Source: an uncultured Alphaproteobacteria bacterium (lineage in GTDB: Bacteria; Pseudomonadota; Alphaproteobacteria; Caulobacterales; Caulobacteraceae). From it: DNA of 64,000 nt. The stretch lies in NCBI GenBank assembly GCA_963719975.1, contig CAVRED010000010.1, positions 9,423-73,422 on the forward strand, given 5' to 3'. Below are positions 1 to 9,015 of the stretch, piece by piece. The stretch's first letter is position 1; every line of letters starts with the position of its first letter. Under the pieces are notes generated by a model. That model saw only the letters and a program-made list of their open reading frames with translations, had not been told where the DNA came from and did no database searches. Position numbers and translations under genes: made by a program.

Positions 1-198
1 CCAGATCCGACCCCGCCCAGCGGCGCAAAGCGCCGCCCGATCGCCTCAGCGAGATCGGTAGAGCTTGGCCCATCCTCGCGAAGCACCTGCGCAGGATCTG
101 GCGGACTTCCTCCTCCATGGTCCGGCCGTGCCGGAGCGGCTCGCATCCGCAGGCGCGCCTTCAGTCGCATCGACGTTGCGGACCGTGATGGCGGGCGT
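1..198 (-). pseudogene. FitA/Arc-like ribbon-helix-helix antitoxin remnant (frameshifted, runs off window)
   Basis: Minus-strand pieces read AITVRNVD / LKARLRMRAA / HGRTMEEEVRQILR / DLAEAIGRRFAPLGG; no ATG and several frame changes. Confidence 0.6.
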
Positions 199-218
199 CG
201 GCTGACCTGGGGGACGGC

Positions 219-569
219 TCAATTCTCAAGCGCACGCCGCACGGTCTCGGGTTCTCTCTCGATCACCGTGAGATAAGCCAAAAGCGCGCTGTCGGCTTGG
301 GTGCGTCCTTGTTCCAGATCCCTAAGCCGCGCCACATTGATGCGGTATCTTTTCGCGAACGCCGCTTGGCTAAGCCCGGAATGAAGGCGAGCCCGCCGAA
401 CGAGACGGGCGGAACGCACTTTGCTCAGCTCGACGTCGGAAAGTGGCGGATTGTCAACGTCGGCTTCGGCCGCCGCGATGATGTCGGCCTCGGTCATGGC
501 GTCCAACCGATCTCGCTGCGCCGCCGAGAGCTCGGGCGCGCTAGTCGGATTGAGTGTGAACCGGGTCAT
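219..569 (-). CDS. Xre/HigA-like HTH antitoxin
   Basis: MTRF...DADNPPLS-type N-terminus plus GLSQAAFAKRYRINVARLRDLEQGR HTH; overlaps upstream toxin gene. Confidence 0.85.
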   Translation of the reverse strand: MTRFTLNPTSAPELSAAQRDRLDAMTEADIIAAAEADVDNPPLSDVELSKVRSARLVRRARLHSGLSQAAFAKRYRINVARLRDLEQGRTQADSALLAYLTVIEREPETVRRALEN

Positions 570-837
570 AAGCTCTACGCTCCTTCGTGTTTGCGCGGCG
601 TGCGGAAATGATGCGGCAGACCCCGCCGCGGTCGGTGAAAACGACCACGAACAGCCTGCCTTCAATCAGCCCGACGGCCTTCCGTCGTACTTCTGCGTCG
701 CCCTCATGGCTGGCGTCGAACTCGACCATGCCGGGGTCTACGAAGACACGAGCGGCGTGGTTGAAAGGAACGCCATGTTTGGCGAGATTGGCTCGCGCCT
801 TCGCTTCGTCCCATTCGAATTCACGCCGACGCACCAT
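541..837 (-). CDS. brnT: BrnT-family ribonuclease toxin
   Basis: FEWDEAKARANLAKHGVPF...VVVFTDRGGVCRIISARRANTKE signature. Confidence 0.9.
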   Translation of the reverse strand: MVRRREFEWDEAKARANLAKHGVPFNHAARVFVDPGMVEFDASHEGDAEVRRKAVGLIEGRLFVVVFTDRGGVCRIISARRANTKERRAYDPVHTQSD

Positions 838-840
838 AAG

Positions 841-867
841 CGTATATACGGGATTTCCGTATATACG
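841..867. promoter_or_regulatory. Inverted repeat, probable TA autoregulatory operator
   Basis: CGTATATACGG-gattt-CCGTATATACG, a perfect 11-bp inverted repeat directly upstream of the brnT start. Confidence 0.7.
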
Positions 868-954
868 TCTACGAAAATGCCGACTTGAGTGGGACGAGGG
901 GCCGAGTCTCGCGCGAGGAGGCCATGCGCCGCCAAGGGACGCCCCGCTGCCTGG

Positions 955-1365
955 CTAGACTTCCAGAAGCCGCACGGCGCCCTTGAGCGTTGGCGAGCGA
1001 TCGACGGCCGCATGAAATCGACTGTCAGCGGTGACCACGTAGGTGTTCTCGCGGATCGCCATCGCTAGATAGAGGCAGTCGTAGACCGGGTGACCGAGCC
1101 GGTTCGCCAGATCGGTGGCCGCCAGAAGGTCGTCCTCGATCGTCGTCGTCGTCACCGGAGCGTTGTAGAGTTCGGTGAGGCGCTCGGTAGCCTCCTCTGC
1201 GCTGATCTCTCCGCGCTGGGTGCGCCGCCAAAGCGCGTTGGCGGCTTCGAGCAGCCACAGCGCCGGGGCGATGAGCTCCTCCTCCAGCAGGGCGTCGGCT
1301 GCTTCCCGGCCGGGCTCGTCCAGCACCCACTTCAGCGCGACGGACGCATCGATGACGATGCTCAC
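955..1365 (-). CDS. vapC: VapC/FitB PIN-domain toxin
   Basis: IVIDASVALKW...EAANAL...VYDCLYLAMA...VTAD PIN acidic motifs. Confidence 0.92.
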   Translation of the reverse strand: MSIVIDASVALKWVLDEPGREAADALLEEELIAPALWLLEAANALWRRTQRGEISAEEATERLTELYNAPVTTTTIEDDLLAATDLANRLGHPVYDCLYLAMAIRENTYVVTADSRFHAAVDRSPTLKGAVRLLEV

Positions 1366-1595
1366 CGGCTATCGCGATCTTCGCGGATCAGGTCAGCGGA
1401 CTCTCCCTTGATGCGCCCGCGGGTTTCGTCGCGAAGGCGCCCGGCGCGTGCTCGGAAGGCCTCGCGGCCCGCTTTCAGAGCCTTCTCAAGGATGGCGCGG
1501 TGCTCCGCCTCCGCGCTTCGGCCATGGCTGGAGGCCTGGCGCTTCAGCGCCTCCACCACATCGCGAGGAACGTTTCTGACCAGAAGCTGGGGCAT
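1362..1595 (-). CDS. FitA-like RHH antitoxin
   Basis: MPQLLVRNVP...ALKRQASSHGRSAEAEHRAILE; 4-bp overlap with vapC. Confidence 0.9.
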   Translation of the reverse strand: MPQLLVRNVPRDVVEALKRQASSHGRSAEAEHRAILEKALKAGREAFRARAGRLRDETRGRIKGESADLIREDRDSR

Positions 1596-1596
1596 G

Positions 1597-1626
1597 GCGA
1601 CTTGCTATCACGTGATAGCAAGTCGC
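1597..1626. promoter_or_regulatory. 30-bp perfect palindrome, FitA-type operator
   Basis: GCGACTTGCTATCACGTGATAGCAAGTCGC immediately upstream of the antitoxin ATG; contains TGCTATCA/TGATAGCA half-sites. Confidence 0.8.
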
Positions 1627-1697
1627 GTCAACGGCACGCGTCGGCGCCTGCGGCGGTCTGATCGTATCGGTAGCGGTTCGAGGTCAAGGGGGTTGGC

Positions 1698-2033
1698 TTA
1701 AGTTGACGTCGCCGTTTTGGCGGGGCGGGGGAGGAAATAGAGATGCCCGTCGAACTCTCCGCCCGAGTCGGGTGCCTTCCCGGCCACTCCGAAGTGTATC
1801 ACATGATACAACAAGTCCGTTCGAACGCTCTCAGCCTCATCCTCAACGCGGTCCCTGAAGTCCCACAAACTCTCCCCCTCGGCTCGCCACCAGATCGTTC
1901 CGTTGCAGTCCGCCCTATCCACGGGACCGTGATGGGGCATGCACCACACGGAACCGCGGATGCTTTCGAAATTTGAGTTCCCTCGAAACTGGCTTCGCCT
2001 CCAGCGCACCAACCGCTTATGCAGGTCACTCAA
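1698..2033 (-). CDS. Hypothetical protein
   Basis: 3' part of ORF 1698..2489; possible TTG start overlapping the stop of the upstream gene. Confidence 0.3.
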   Translation of the reverse strand: MSDLHKRLVRWRRSQFRGNSNFESIRGSVWCMPHHGPVDRADCNGTIWWRAEGESLWDFRDRVEDEAESVRTDLLYHVIHFGVAGKAPDSGGEFDGHLYFLPRPAKTATST

Positions 2034-2489
2034 CGACGCATCGCGCGCTACCTCTAGCGCCTTCGAGAGCCTGCTCCAACGCCACCAGTCGCCGCTCGAG
2101 CTGCTCGAGCCCAAAGGCGACGCTGTACCGATCGATGAGCCTGGCGATCGCCACCCTTCGCCGGGGAGCAGGTCGCCTGCGGCCACCGCGGCGATGACAG
2201 CCGCAAGGGCCGCAGGCACGTCAGCTCCACTGGTGATCGGCGGCAGGGCAAAGCTTACGGGCCTCTCACGAAGGGCGGGCGCCAGGCGGTCCAAGCAAAG
2301 CTTCAGGGCGCCAGCGTCACCGCCTAAGGCCGCCTCGATAGCCCGCCGCGTCAGCGCTTCAGCCTCGCCCTCCAACAAAGCCTCGACAGCCCGGGTGGCG
2401 CGATGGCGGGCCCCCTTCGGTTTGCCAGGGTTGCCAACTTCGAAAGGGCGTCCCCGCGTCTTCGTCGCGACTAATGCTCTTGATCCCAT
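2026..2489 (-). CDS. DUF5681-like protein (frameshift near 2150)
   Basis: GRPFEVGNPGKPKGARHRATRAVEALLEGEAEALTRRAIEAALGGD...LKLCLDRLAP, continuing in another frame as LEQLERRLVALE. Confidence 0.65.
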
Positions 2490-2736
2490 GCTCTCGCTCG
2501 TTCCCAGAGGTCCTCGCCCTCGACCGGCTCGATGGCCTGGCCGCAGCTTCTCGCGGATGCCGCCGCCGTCTCACCCCGCACTATAGAGGCAGATGGGTCG
2601 AGTCGGCCGCAGGCAATCTCTACCGCCGAGCTCGAAGTCTTGGACCGCGACGCCAGCTCGCGAGCGCAGGCGCGCCTGCTCGCCTATCAAGCGAAAGGTG
2701 CGTATTTCGGTCCGAATCCGACCCAGGGCGACGATA

Positions 2737-2869
2737 AACACAGGCTCAGGGCGACGGAGGGACATCTAAGGCGGCTGAAATCACCGCTGTCGTTGCCGAT
2801 CACCTCCCCCTGGCGCGAACTCGACCGGCTCCGCCTCTGCACGCCGCAGGGCTCTGCGTATCTGTCGCG
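2737..2869. repeat. Direct repeat copy 1 (about 130 bp)
   Basis: AACACAGGCTCAGGGCGAC..GGACATCTAAGGCGGCTGAAATCACCGCTGTCGTTGCC.ATCACCTCC...CTCGACCGGCTCCGCCTCTGCACG, repeated at 3531-3731. Confidence 0.85.
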
Positions 2870-3530
2870 CGGGGTCAGCCCATTGGGGGGCCTTCCCGGC
2901 GCGTAGGGCGGTTGCCTTAGCTGTCCCAAGGGGCCGGCGCCCGAACTGGATCGTTTTGATACGGGCCCCGACGAAGACCGTGGGTCAGGCTGGCAGGCTG
3001 CGGTCGGCACGGCCCGAGTTCACGGCCGCAAAGCCGCAACCATAGCGCAACGCCTTGCGAGCCGGGGGTGAGCGAGCCCTCCACAACGACTACAGGGTTG
3101 GCATCGACAGTGCTTCGGAATAGTCCAATACGTTGGATACGTGTCGGAATGAAACGCTTGCTCGGGTCCTACCTTTGACCAGCTTCTTTCGTGAGGATCG
3201 ACGCCGCAACCACGGAGGCGCAGTTGGTATCCGGAGCTTCCGGCGTGCTGGCGATCGTGCCCCGTCCCTCCATCACAACAACGACAACCTCGTCGCGACG
3301 AGATTGGCCGCCGCCAAGTTGTCTCTAAAGGAGTGGGACGACACTCTGAGCTCCGTGTTAGGCCCAGCGCTGTTCTGCGAAACCTATGACTTCATCCCGG
3401 GCCTATTTGGCCCAGCCACCAAGTCCTCGCTTGGTGTGAGCGGCGCCCTGCGCCTTGCCCTACTTCGCAGCATGCCGCTCTTTTGAGCGAGCTGCGGCTG
3501 ACGGCTCATCGCGGCCCAGCCGCGACGTTG

Positions 3531-3731
3531 AACACAGGCTCAGGGCGACTGGGGGACATCTAAGGCGGCTGAAATCACCGCTGTCGTTGCCTATCACCTC
3601 CTTGAGGTCGGCTGCCCCATTCTAGGTTGAAGAATTCGAAGAATACAATGTATGGTATAGGAGCGCCTTTGGCGGGATCTCGACCGGCTCCGCCTCTGCA
3701 CGGCGCAGGCCGGCGCTGCGTATTCGTCGCG
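3531..3731. repeat. Direct repeat copy 2, interrupted by an AT-rich insert of about 65 bp
   Basis: 3531-3601 and about 3666-3731 match copy 1; the sequence between them is unique. Confidence 0.85.
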
Positions 3732-3795
3732 AATATACGCGGGCTGGCAGGCGCTGGGAAACCTTCGCTATGGCCAGGACAGTCGTGCAAGCCCA

Positions 3796-4461
3796 CTAGG
3801 AGCGCGGTACCTGCGAGGGCGCCCTACGGCACAGCGCCTTTGCTTGTTCGACCCGGGAGGTGATCGACCCTTGCACTCTGTGCCACCCTCTAAAGGCGAG
3901 GCCAGCTTCGTCACTGGCCCGCCACACAAGCTCCGCCTCGAAGTAGACGCCACGATGAGCCAGCAAGAGGCCAACTTCGTGCGTCATACGGACGGTGGGG
4001 CTCACTCGGACCTTCGCGCCGCCGGCGGAGATATTCCGAACAGTGCACTCGGCGGTGACGCCGTCGACCGCCATGAAGAGCGTGCCAGCGGCGCGGGATC
4101 TGACCCGCACAGATTGCCGCCGATCCGCTGAACTCTCTGCGCCACCTGCCCCACGCCAAAGATCAGTCAGAGCAGTGTGTCCTCCCTTGCCGTCGAGCTT
4201 GACGGGCTCGGTGAGTCGGACACCGACATTTGGAGAACGGCGCCAGATCGTTGTGGCTCGGTAGGCGATCCCTCGATCAATCTCGATCAGCCAGAACTCA
4301 TCGGGAGCGGCCGCCCCTGCTGGCAGTCGCAACCTCGCGTCGCCGGTCGACCGTTTGACCTCGATGCATTTGAAAGAGGTGCTGAAATCGGAAGATGCCG
4401 CCAGAGCATCTCGCCCCGCCGCTCCCGGCGAGCGAAGGGAGTCTTTCGTTCGAAGCGGCAT
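3796..4461 (-). CDS. Tandem PilZ-domain protein
   Basis: C-terminal PilZ with DRRQSVR (RxxxR) and RNISAGGAK (NxSxxG); N-terminal degenerate PilZ (STGDARLRL...WRRSPNVGVRL). Confidence 0.75.
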   Translation of the reverse strand: MPLRTKDSLRSPGAAGRDALAASSDFSTSFKCIEVKRSTGDARLRLPAGAAAPDEFWLIEIDRGIAYRATTIWRRSPNVGVRLTEPVKLDGKGGHTALTDLWRGAGGAESSADRRQSVRVRSRAAGTLFMAVDGVTAECTVRNISAGGAKVRVSPTVRMTHEVGLLLAHRGVYFEAELVWRASDEAGLAFRGWHRVQGSITSRVEQAKALCRRAPSQVPRS

Positions 4462-4546
4462 TTGGGGGCGGCCACGCGCTCAGCTGCTGGGGTAAGGCGT
4501 TGTGCACGGTACGCGCGCCAATAGGCCTGCAACTAAGTCAGCAAAG

Positions 4547-4561
4547 TTAACCCGCGCCTAA
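4547..4561. promoter_or_regulatory. CtrA box-like site
   Basis: TTAA-cccgcgc-CTAA (TTAA-N7-TTAA, 1 mismatch) in the divergent intergenic region upstream of the PilZ gene. Confidence 0.55.
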
Positions 4562-4712
4562 ACCTGTGTATGCGCATTCCCGAGCGGCCAAGAGTCCGGA
4601 CTCAAACCGGCTCTCAGGCCGATGCGACACCGGCGCTCGCATAGAGCCGAGGCCGACTCAATCAAAACGACTATCATCCCGTCGTCACGACTCAACGGGG
4701 TGTCACAAATCG

Positions 4713-4907
4713 ATGGTTTTCCGCGTGTTGCATGGAAGCGGCATTCGCCTGCGTGAGGAGCGCTTAGAGTCGCTCGACATGGCCACGCGGCGCGCGATCG
4801 AGCTCATGCAGGAAGCGCGGGCGAGTGTGCGAGTGATCTTGCCGGATGGAAGCGCAATCCGCATGGGCGCACCGCCGCAACGCCGTCGCGCGGCGCTCTC
4901 TCGGTAA
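4713..4907 (+). CDS. Small hypothetical protein
   Basis: MVFRVLHGSGIRLREERLESLDMATRRAIELMQEARASVRVILPDGS; plausible small beta-alpha-beta protein. Confidence 0.45.
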   Translation: MVFRVLHGSGIRLREERLESLDMATRRAIELMQEARASVRVILPDGSAIRMGAPPQRRRAALSR

Positions 4908-5377
4908 TGACACTTGCCTCCTGTCGAGCAAGCCTGAGGCGTTACCGGGGTGGTCGATTTTCTCGTCATTGGCGTATGTCATTGCGGAGCCCAACGCCGG
5001 GGCTAGCCTTTCATCGCCAACTGTAACCAACGCCAAGATGGTTCGGATTGGCTGAAGGCCCGGCCATCCCAGACGATGCCGGGCCTTCCCCATGTAAGGG
5101 CTGATGCAGGGGTCCTTGCGCGGCCCTCTTCGTTGCCGCCTCTGCAGCCATAGCCTTCAGCCTCACCCGCACGAGCCAGAGAGCCGCGTTGGGAAGCAAT
5201 CGGCAGCGCGCGCCAACCGCACGAGCTGTGCATAACTTGGCCAAAGCAGTGGATATCGCAGATCCCTGGGCTTGCCGTTCAGGAACACGAGCGATGACCT
5301 TCTTCGAGTTGTCACAGATCAATGACCAGCGCCTGTCGGTGCGTCAGCGTCCCATCCTGAAGCGGTGAGGACTAAGC

Positions 5378-5605
5378 ATGGGGATGATCAACTCAATCAG
5401 CGGTGCGCCGAGTCGCGCTAGCAGCTCGCGCGGAACGATGCGCTCGATGGAGCGGCCCCGCAGCGATCTGCTGGGAGACCACAGCCGCCGCAAGGCCACA
5501 ATTGAAGACGACGGCCGTCGTTGGTCCCCGCGGGTGACCCTTCTGTTGGCCGGCGGGGTCTCGTTGGCTGTGTGGGGCGCCATTATCGCCGCCGCGGTGC
5601 GCTAG
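5378..5605 (+). CDS. Small protein with C-terminal TM helix
   Basis: GAGG RBS; C-terminus RWSPRVTLLLAGGVSLAVWGAIIAAAVR. Confidence 0.6.
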   Translation: MGMINSISGAPSRASSSRGTMRSMERPRSDLLGDHSRRKATIEDDGRRWSPRVTLLLAGGVSLAVWGAIIAAAVR

Positions 5606-5672
5606 CGAGCCCAGCTCTCGGGTCCAAAGCAGACCAGCCGCTGCGGCGCCGCCGCCCGGCGGGCTCGACGGA

Positions 5673-5680
5673 TTAACCAT
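5673..5680 (+). promoter_or_regulatory. CtrA half-site TTAACCAT
   Basis: Exact TTAACCAT about 50 bp upstream of the ctrA start. Confidence 0.5.
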
Positions 5681-5731
5681 TCCGAAGGGCGCTTCTCATC
5701 AACCTCTGCTCTGGCCAGACCGAGAGACGCG

Positions 5732-6421
5732 ATGCGAGTCTTGCTGATTGAGGACGATGGCGCCGCCGCGAAGAGCATCGAGATGATGCTCAAGTCGGAA
5801 GGTTTCAACGTCTACACCACCGAGCTCGGTGAGGAAGGCGTCGATCTCGCCAAGATCTACGACTACGATCTCATCCTGCTCGACCTGGATCTGCCGGACA
5901 TGAGCGGCATGGACGTCTTGCGCAGCCTGCGTATCGCGAAGATCAATACGCCTGTGATGATCCTCTCCGGCGTTTCGGAGATCGACACCAAGGTGAGGAG
6001 CTTCGCCAACGGAGCAGACGATTACACGACCAAACCCTTCATGAAGGAGGAGCTAGTGGCCCGCGTTCGCGCCGTGGTCCGCCGTTCGAAGGGCCACGCC
6101 CACTCGGTGATCAAGACCGGCGACATCACCGTTGATCTTGAGGCCAAGACAGTCGAGGTAAACGGATCGCACGTGCACCTGACCCCCAAGGAGTATCAGC
6201 TGCTCGAGCTGCTTTCCCTGCGCAAGGGGACGACGCTGACAAAGGAGATGTTCTTCAACCATCTCTATGATGGGATTGACGAGCCCGAGCTGAAGATCAT
6301 CGACGTCTTCATCTGCAAGCTGCGCAGGAAGCTGGCCGAAGCCACCCAAGGCGAGCACAACATCGAGACGGTCTGGGGTCGCGGCTATGTCTTGCGCGAC
6401 CCGCCCGCGGTCGCGGCCTAG
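5732..6421 (+). CDS. ctrA: Cell-cycle response regulator CtrA (divergent copy)
   Basis: MRVLLIEDD...[37 protein letters not shown]...[18 protein letters not shown]...[15 protein letters not shown]...[14 protein letters not shown]; ends in AA. Confidence 0.95.
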   Translation: MRVLLIEDDGAAAKSIEMMLKSEGFNVYTTELGEEGVDLAKIYDYDLILLDLDLPDMSGMDVLRSLRIAKINTPVMILSGVSEIDTKVRSFANGADDYTTKPFMKEELVARVRAVVRRSKGHAHSVIKTGDITVDLEAKTVEVNGSHVHLTPKEYQLLELLSLRKGTTLTKEMFFNHLYDGIDEPELKIIDVFICKLRRKLAEATQGEHNIETVWGRGYVLRDPPAVAA

Positions 6422-6761
6422 GAGCAGTTCACCAGGCGACACCAGCACGACGGCCGCCAAGCGACACATCCGCTAGAGTTCAGCCCATGGCCGCCTGGAG
6501 AAGTTTTGCCCGCGCAGTGTTGGTGGCGGTGGTCCGACGAGCCAAGTCTAACGCTTCGATCACTCGGATGCCGACTTCAGCAGCGCGCTCCAGCGCCACC
6601 GCTTCGGTTCGGGTCAAGGTCAAGGTGATTTGCGGCTTTTCTGCCATGGCGGGTCTCCGAACTGGAGCGCTCTGAGCTCCGCATCGCGTTCGTGCAAACC
6701 GCGCGCCAGCCGCCGCCGCCCTGGCAGCGACATGGCAAGGTCGGGCCCGCTCTCGGCGTGG

Positions 6762-6777
6762 TTAACACCCAAGTAAC
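6762..6777. promoter_or_regulatory. CtrA box-like site
   Basis: TTAA-cacccaa-GTAAC about 100 bp upstream of the PodJ-like ORF. Confidence 0.55.
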
Positions 6778-6872
6778 CGACCGCCTGCACCCTGAGCTGA
6801 GGCTGAAGGATCCCTGGGTTGACCGCAGAAGCTCCTCCAAGCGCTGGGCGCATTGATTCCTGGACGCGAGCG

Positions 6873-8006
6873 ATGGTCGAGGAAGAAGCCCAACAAGAGT
6901 TCATCGATCTCGGCGCATGGCCCGACCCCATTCTCGTCCACGGCGCTGAGCGGTTCGAGGGTGATCGCGTGACGCTCGACGGTCCACGACCTGAAACCGA
7001 CGAAGTCGCCCAGGCGGCTCCGGACGCTCGGTCCACCGAGACTATCGATGCGGCCTGCGCCGAGCGCTCGCCCGACGACGTCGCTGAAGCGCTCCCATTG
7101 GCCGTGCAGTGCGATGGCCACCAACCGCCCCAAGGGCCGGAAGATTGGGTCGAGTCGTTCCTGGTGGGGCTGACAGAGCGGCTCGGTGCAATCCGGAGTG
7201 AAATGGCCGACGAGATCGGGAAGACTGTCGACTTCGCGATCGAGCGCGTTCCGGAAGGCGCTGAAGGCGCGTCGCGCGAGCCGCCGTCTGTGCTCGACCC
7301 GACGGTCAAGCAGCTGAGTCTTGAAGTCGCTCGCATCGCGGAAGTCGTGAACGCTCGGTTCGAGCGGTACGAGCTCACCGCCGCGGAACTGCAATCCCAA
7401 CTTGGCAGCCTCGCCGCCCGGATCACCGAGTTGGAGCGGCGCGACGAGCGGGCGCCCGCCCCAGCTGACGCAATGAGCACCGCGGCGCTCGTGGCAGGTC
7501 CGCCCTGCGCACCATGGGACTCGGCGGACATCGTCAACCAGTTCGTCTCGGCGCCCCAGGCGGCGCCTGGGCCTGACGTCTCGACCACGACCGCGGTGTT
7601 CGCGCTCGACGCTGCAAACTCTGATGCAGGCAGCGGCGTCGCCGTACCTGACGGCCCGAGCCATCCGTCTCACACGACCCTGGAGCGGACTCAATCCGAC
7701 CTGGAGACGGTCCACGGCCTTGACGGGTCAACGGAGGAGATCGCACCGGATCTCAGCCCTTCGTCGCGCCGCGCGAGGGGCTCGGTCTTCAGCTGGCGAG
7801 CCTCCGCGTCGAAAGGGCCGGCGCGCAGACGAGTGCCGGGTCTCCAGACCGCGCTGATGGTCGTGGGTGGCGCCGGCGTCGGCCTCGCCGCCGCGGTTCT
7901 CTTCTTCGCGCTGGACGGCACACCCGCCAAGCGACTTCACCTACGTGCGAGCGAGGCGCCGCTGGACCTCATGGCCGTGGCAGTGTCGCCCAAGCCCGCG
8001 CAATAG
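6873..8006 (+). CDS. Coiled-coil, single-TM protein resembling a truncated PodJ
   Basis: Acidic N-terminus; coiled coil QLSLEVARIAEVVNARFER...LAARITELERR; basic patch then TM LQTALMVVGGAGVGLAAAVLFFAL; short tail. Confidence 0.55.
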   Translation: MVEEEAQQEFIDLGAWPDPILVHGAERFEGDRVTLDGPRPETDEVAQAAPDARSTETIDAACAERSPDDVAEALPLAVQCDGHQPPQGPEDWVESFLVGLTERLGAIRSEMADEIGKTVDFAIERVPEGAEGASREPPSVLDPTVKQLSLEVARIAEVVNARFERYELTAAELQSQLGSLAARITELERRDERAPAPADAMSTAALVAGPPCAPWDSADIVNQFVSAPQAAPGPDVSTTTAVFALDAANSDAGSGVAVPDGPSHPSHTTLERTQSDLETVHGLDGSTEEIAPDLSPSSRRARGSVFSWRASASKGPARRRVPGLQTALMVVGGAGVGLAAAVLFFALDGTPAKRLHLRASEAPLDLMAVAVSPKPAQ

Positions 8007-8417
8007 GCCGGTTGAAGTCGACCCTCATCGCCGGAGCTGGGGCAGACGCCTTCAGCACTCGGACGCTGCCAGAGCGACCGGAGCGGGGGACTAGACTCTG
8101 CTGACCGATCAAAGTGAGAGCCCAGCGGATCACCAGGCCGCTGGGCCCTCTCGCCAGCTCTCCGCCCTGAAATTGGAGGGCCGGCGCGTGGTATGTTCGC
8201 ATCAAAACCCTTCGGAACTATCTCTGAGCTAGCTAACGGTTACCGCCGCCTGAACTCGAAACCGACCCAGCCGCAAATGCGGTCATCACGTGGCGTTGCG
8301 CCGGACCGCTTGATCGCTTTAGTGAAGGCCATCCTGCGCCGAATCCGCCGCCTTGCCCTGCACCGAGGGGCGCTGTTAGAAGCCGCGATTCCTCCAAGGG
8401 ACGCGCAAATTCCACCC

Positions 8418-8630
8418 ATGAACATGACCATCACCTTGGCCCTTCTGGCGCTGGGCGTCTTCGCGACGGTCGGCTGTGGATGGATGGGGGCGCGGCCGAA
8501 GAACTACCTCAAGCCGCGGTTGATCCCCTGGCAGATCCTGATGCTGATCGGCGCAGTCTTCGTGTTGGTGGTGTGCATCCACCTCCTGAACCTGTTCGGC
8601 ATGACGACCGGCAACACGGGCGGACGATAG
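8418..8630 (+). CDS. Small two-TM membrane protein
   Basis: MNMTITLALLALGVFATVGCGWMGARP...PRLIPWQILMLIGAVFVLVVCIHLLNLFG; GC-rich codon usage. Confidence 0.8.
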   Translation: MNMTITLALLALGVFATVGCGWMGARPKNYLKPRLIPWQILMLIGAVFVLVVCIHLLNLFGMTTGNTGGR

Positions 8631-8660
8631 CGCCAGCGAGCCATCGCGCCGCCGGCCCTA

Positions 8661-9008
8661 TTGAACCGCAGCGAGCGCAGAGAAAGCGGGGAGGACGCCG
8701 AGGCCCTGCGTCCTCTGCGCCTCCCTGCGGGGAAGTCTGGCACGAGGTCACCGGCGACGGAGCTCTCGAGACGAATAGACCGCGAGGCGGTGGGTTCTCT
8801 TGCCGGCGGGCGGAGAGAGCCACCGTCGCGTGCACCGTAACAGGTCCCTGTTGAAACGCAGCGAGCGCAGAGATATCGGGCGAGGACGCCGAGGCCCTGC
8901 GTCGTAGCGCGTCCACGCGGGGAAGTTGGTCACGCGTTCACGGGTGTCGGGTCCTCTGCGTCCTCTGCGCCTCCCTGCGGGGAAGTCTGGCCACGCGGTC
9001 ACCGGCAA
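8661..9008. repeat. REP-like palindromic repeat cluster
   Basis: TTGAA.CGCAGCGAGCGCAGAGA...GAGGACGCCGAGGCCCTGCGTC twice and CTGCGTCCTCTGCGCCTCCCTGCGGGGAAGTCTGGC twice, between convergent genes. Confidence 0.75.
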
Positions 9009-9015
9009 TCGGTCT

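Noticed and set aside
1698-3500. Prophage (DUF5681 as small terminase)
   Set aside because: No large terminase, capsid, portal or integrase genes in the window
8000-8420. tRNA or att site at the island/core boundary
   Set aside because: No cloverleaf, T-loop GTTCGA with CCA end, or matching direct repeat was found by eye
8661-9008. Repeat cluster as a mini-CRISPR
   Set aside because: Only 2-3 imperfect palindromic copies with irregular spacing; REP-like
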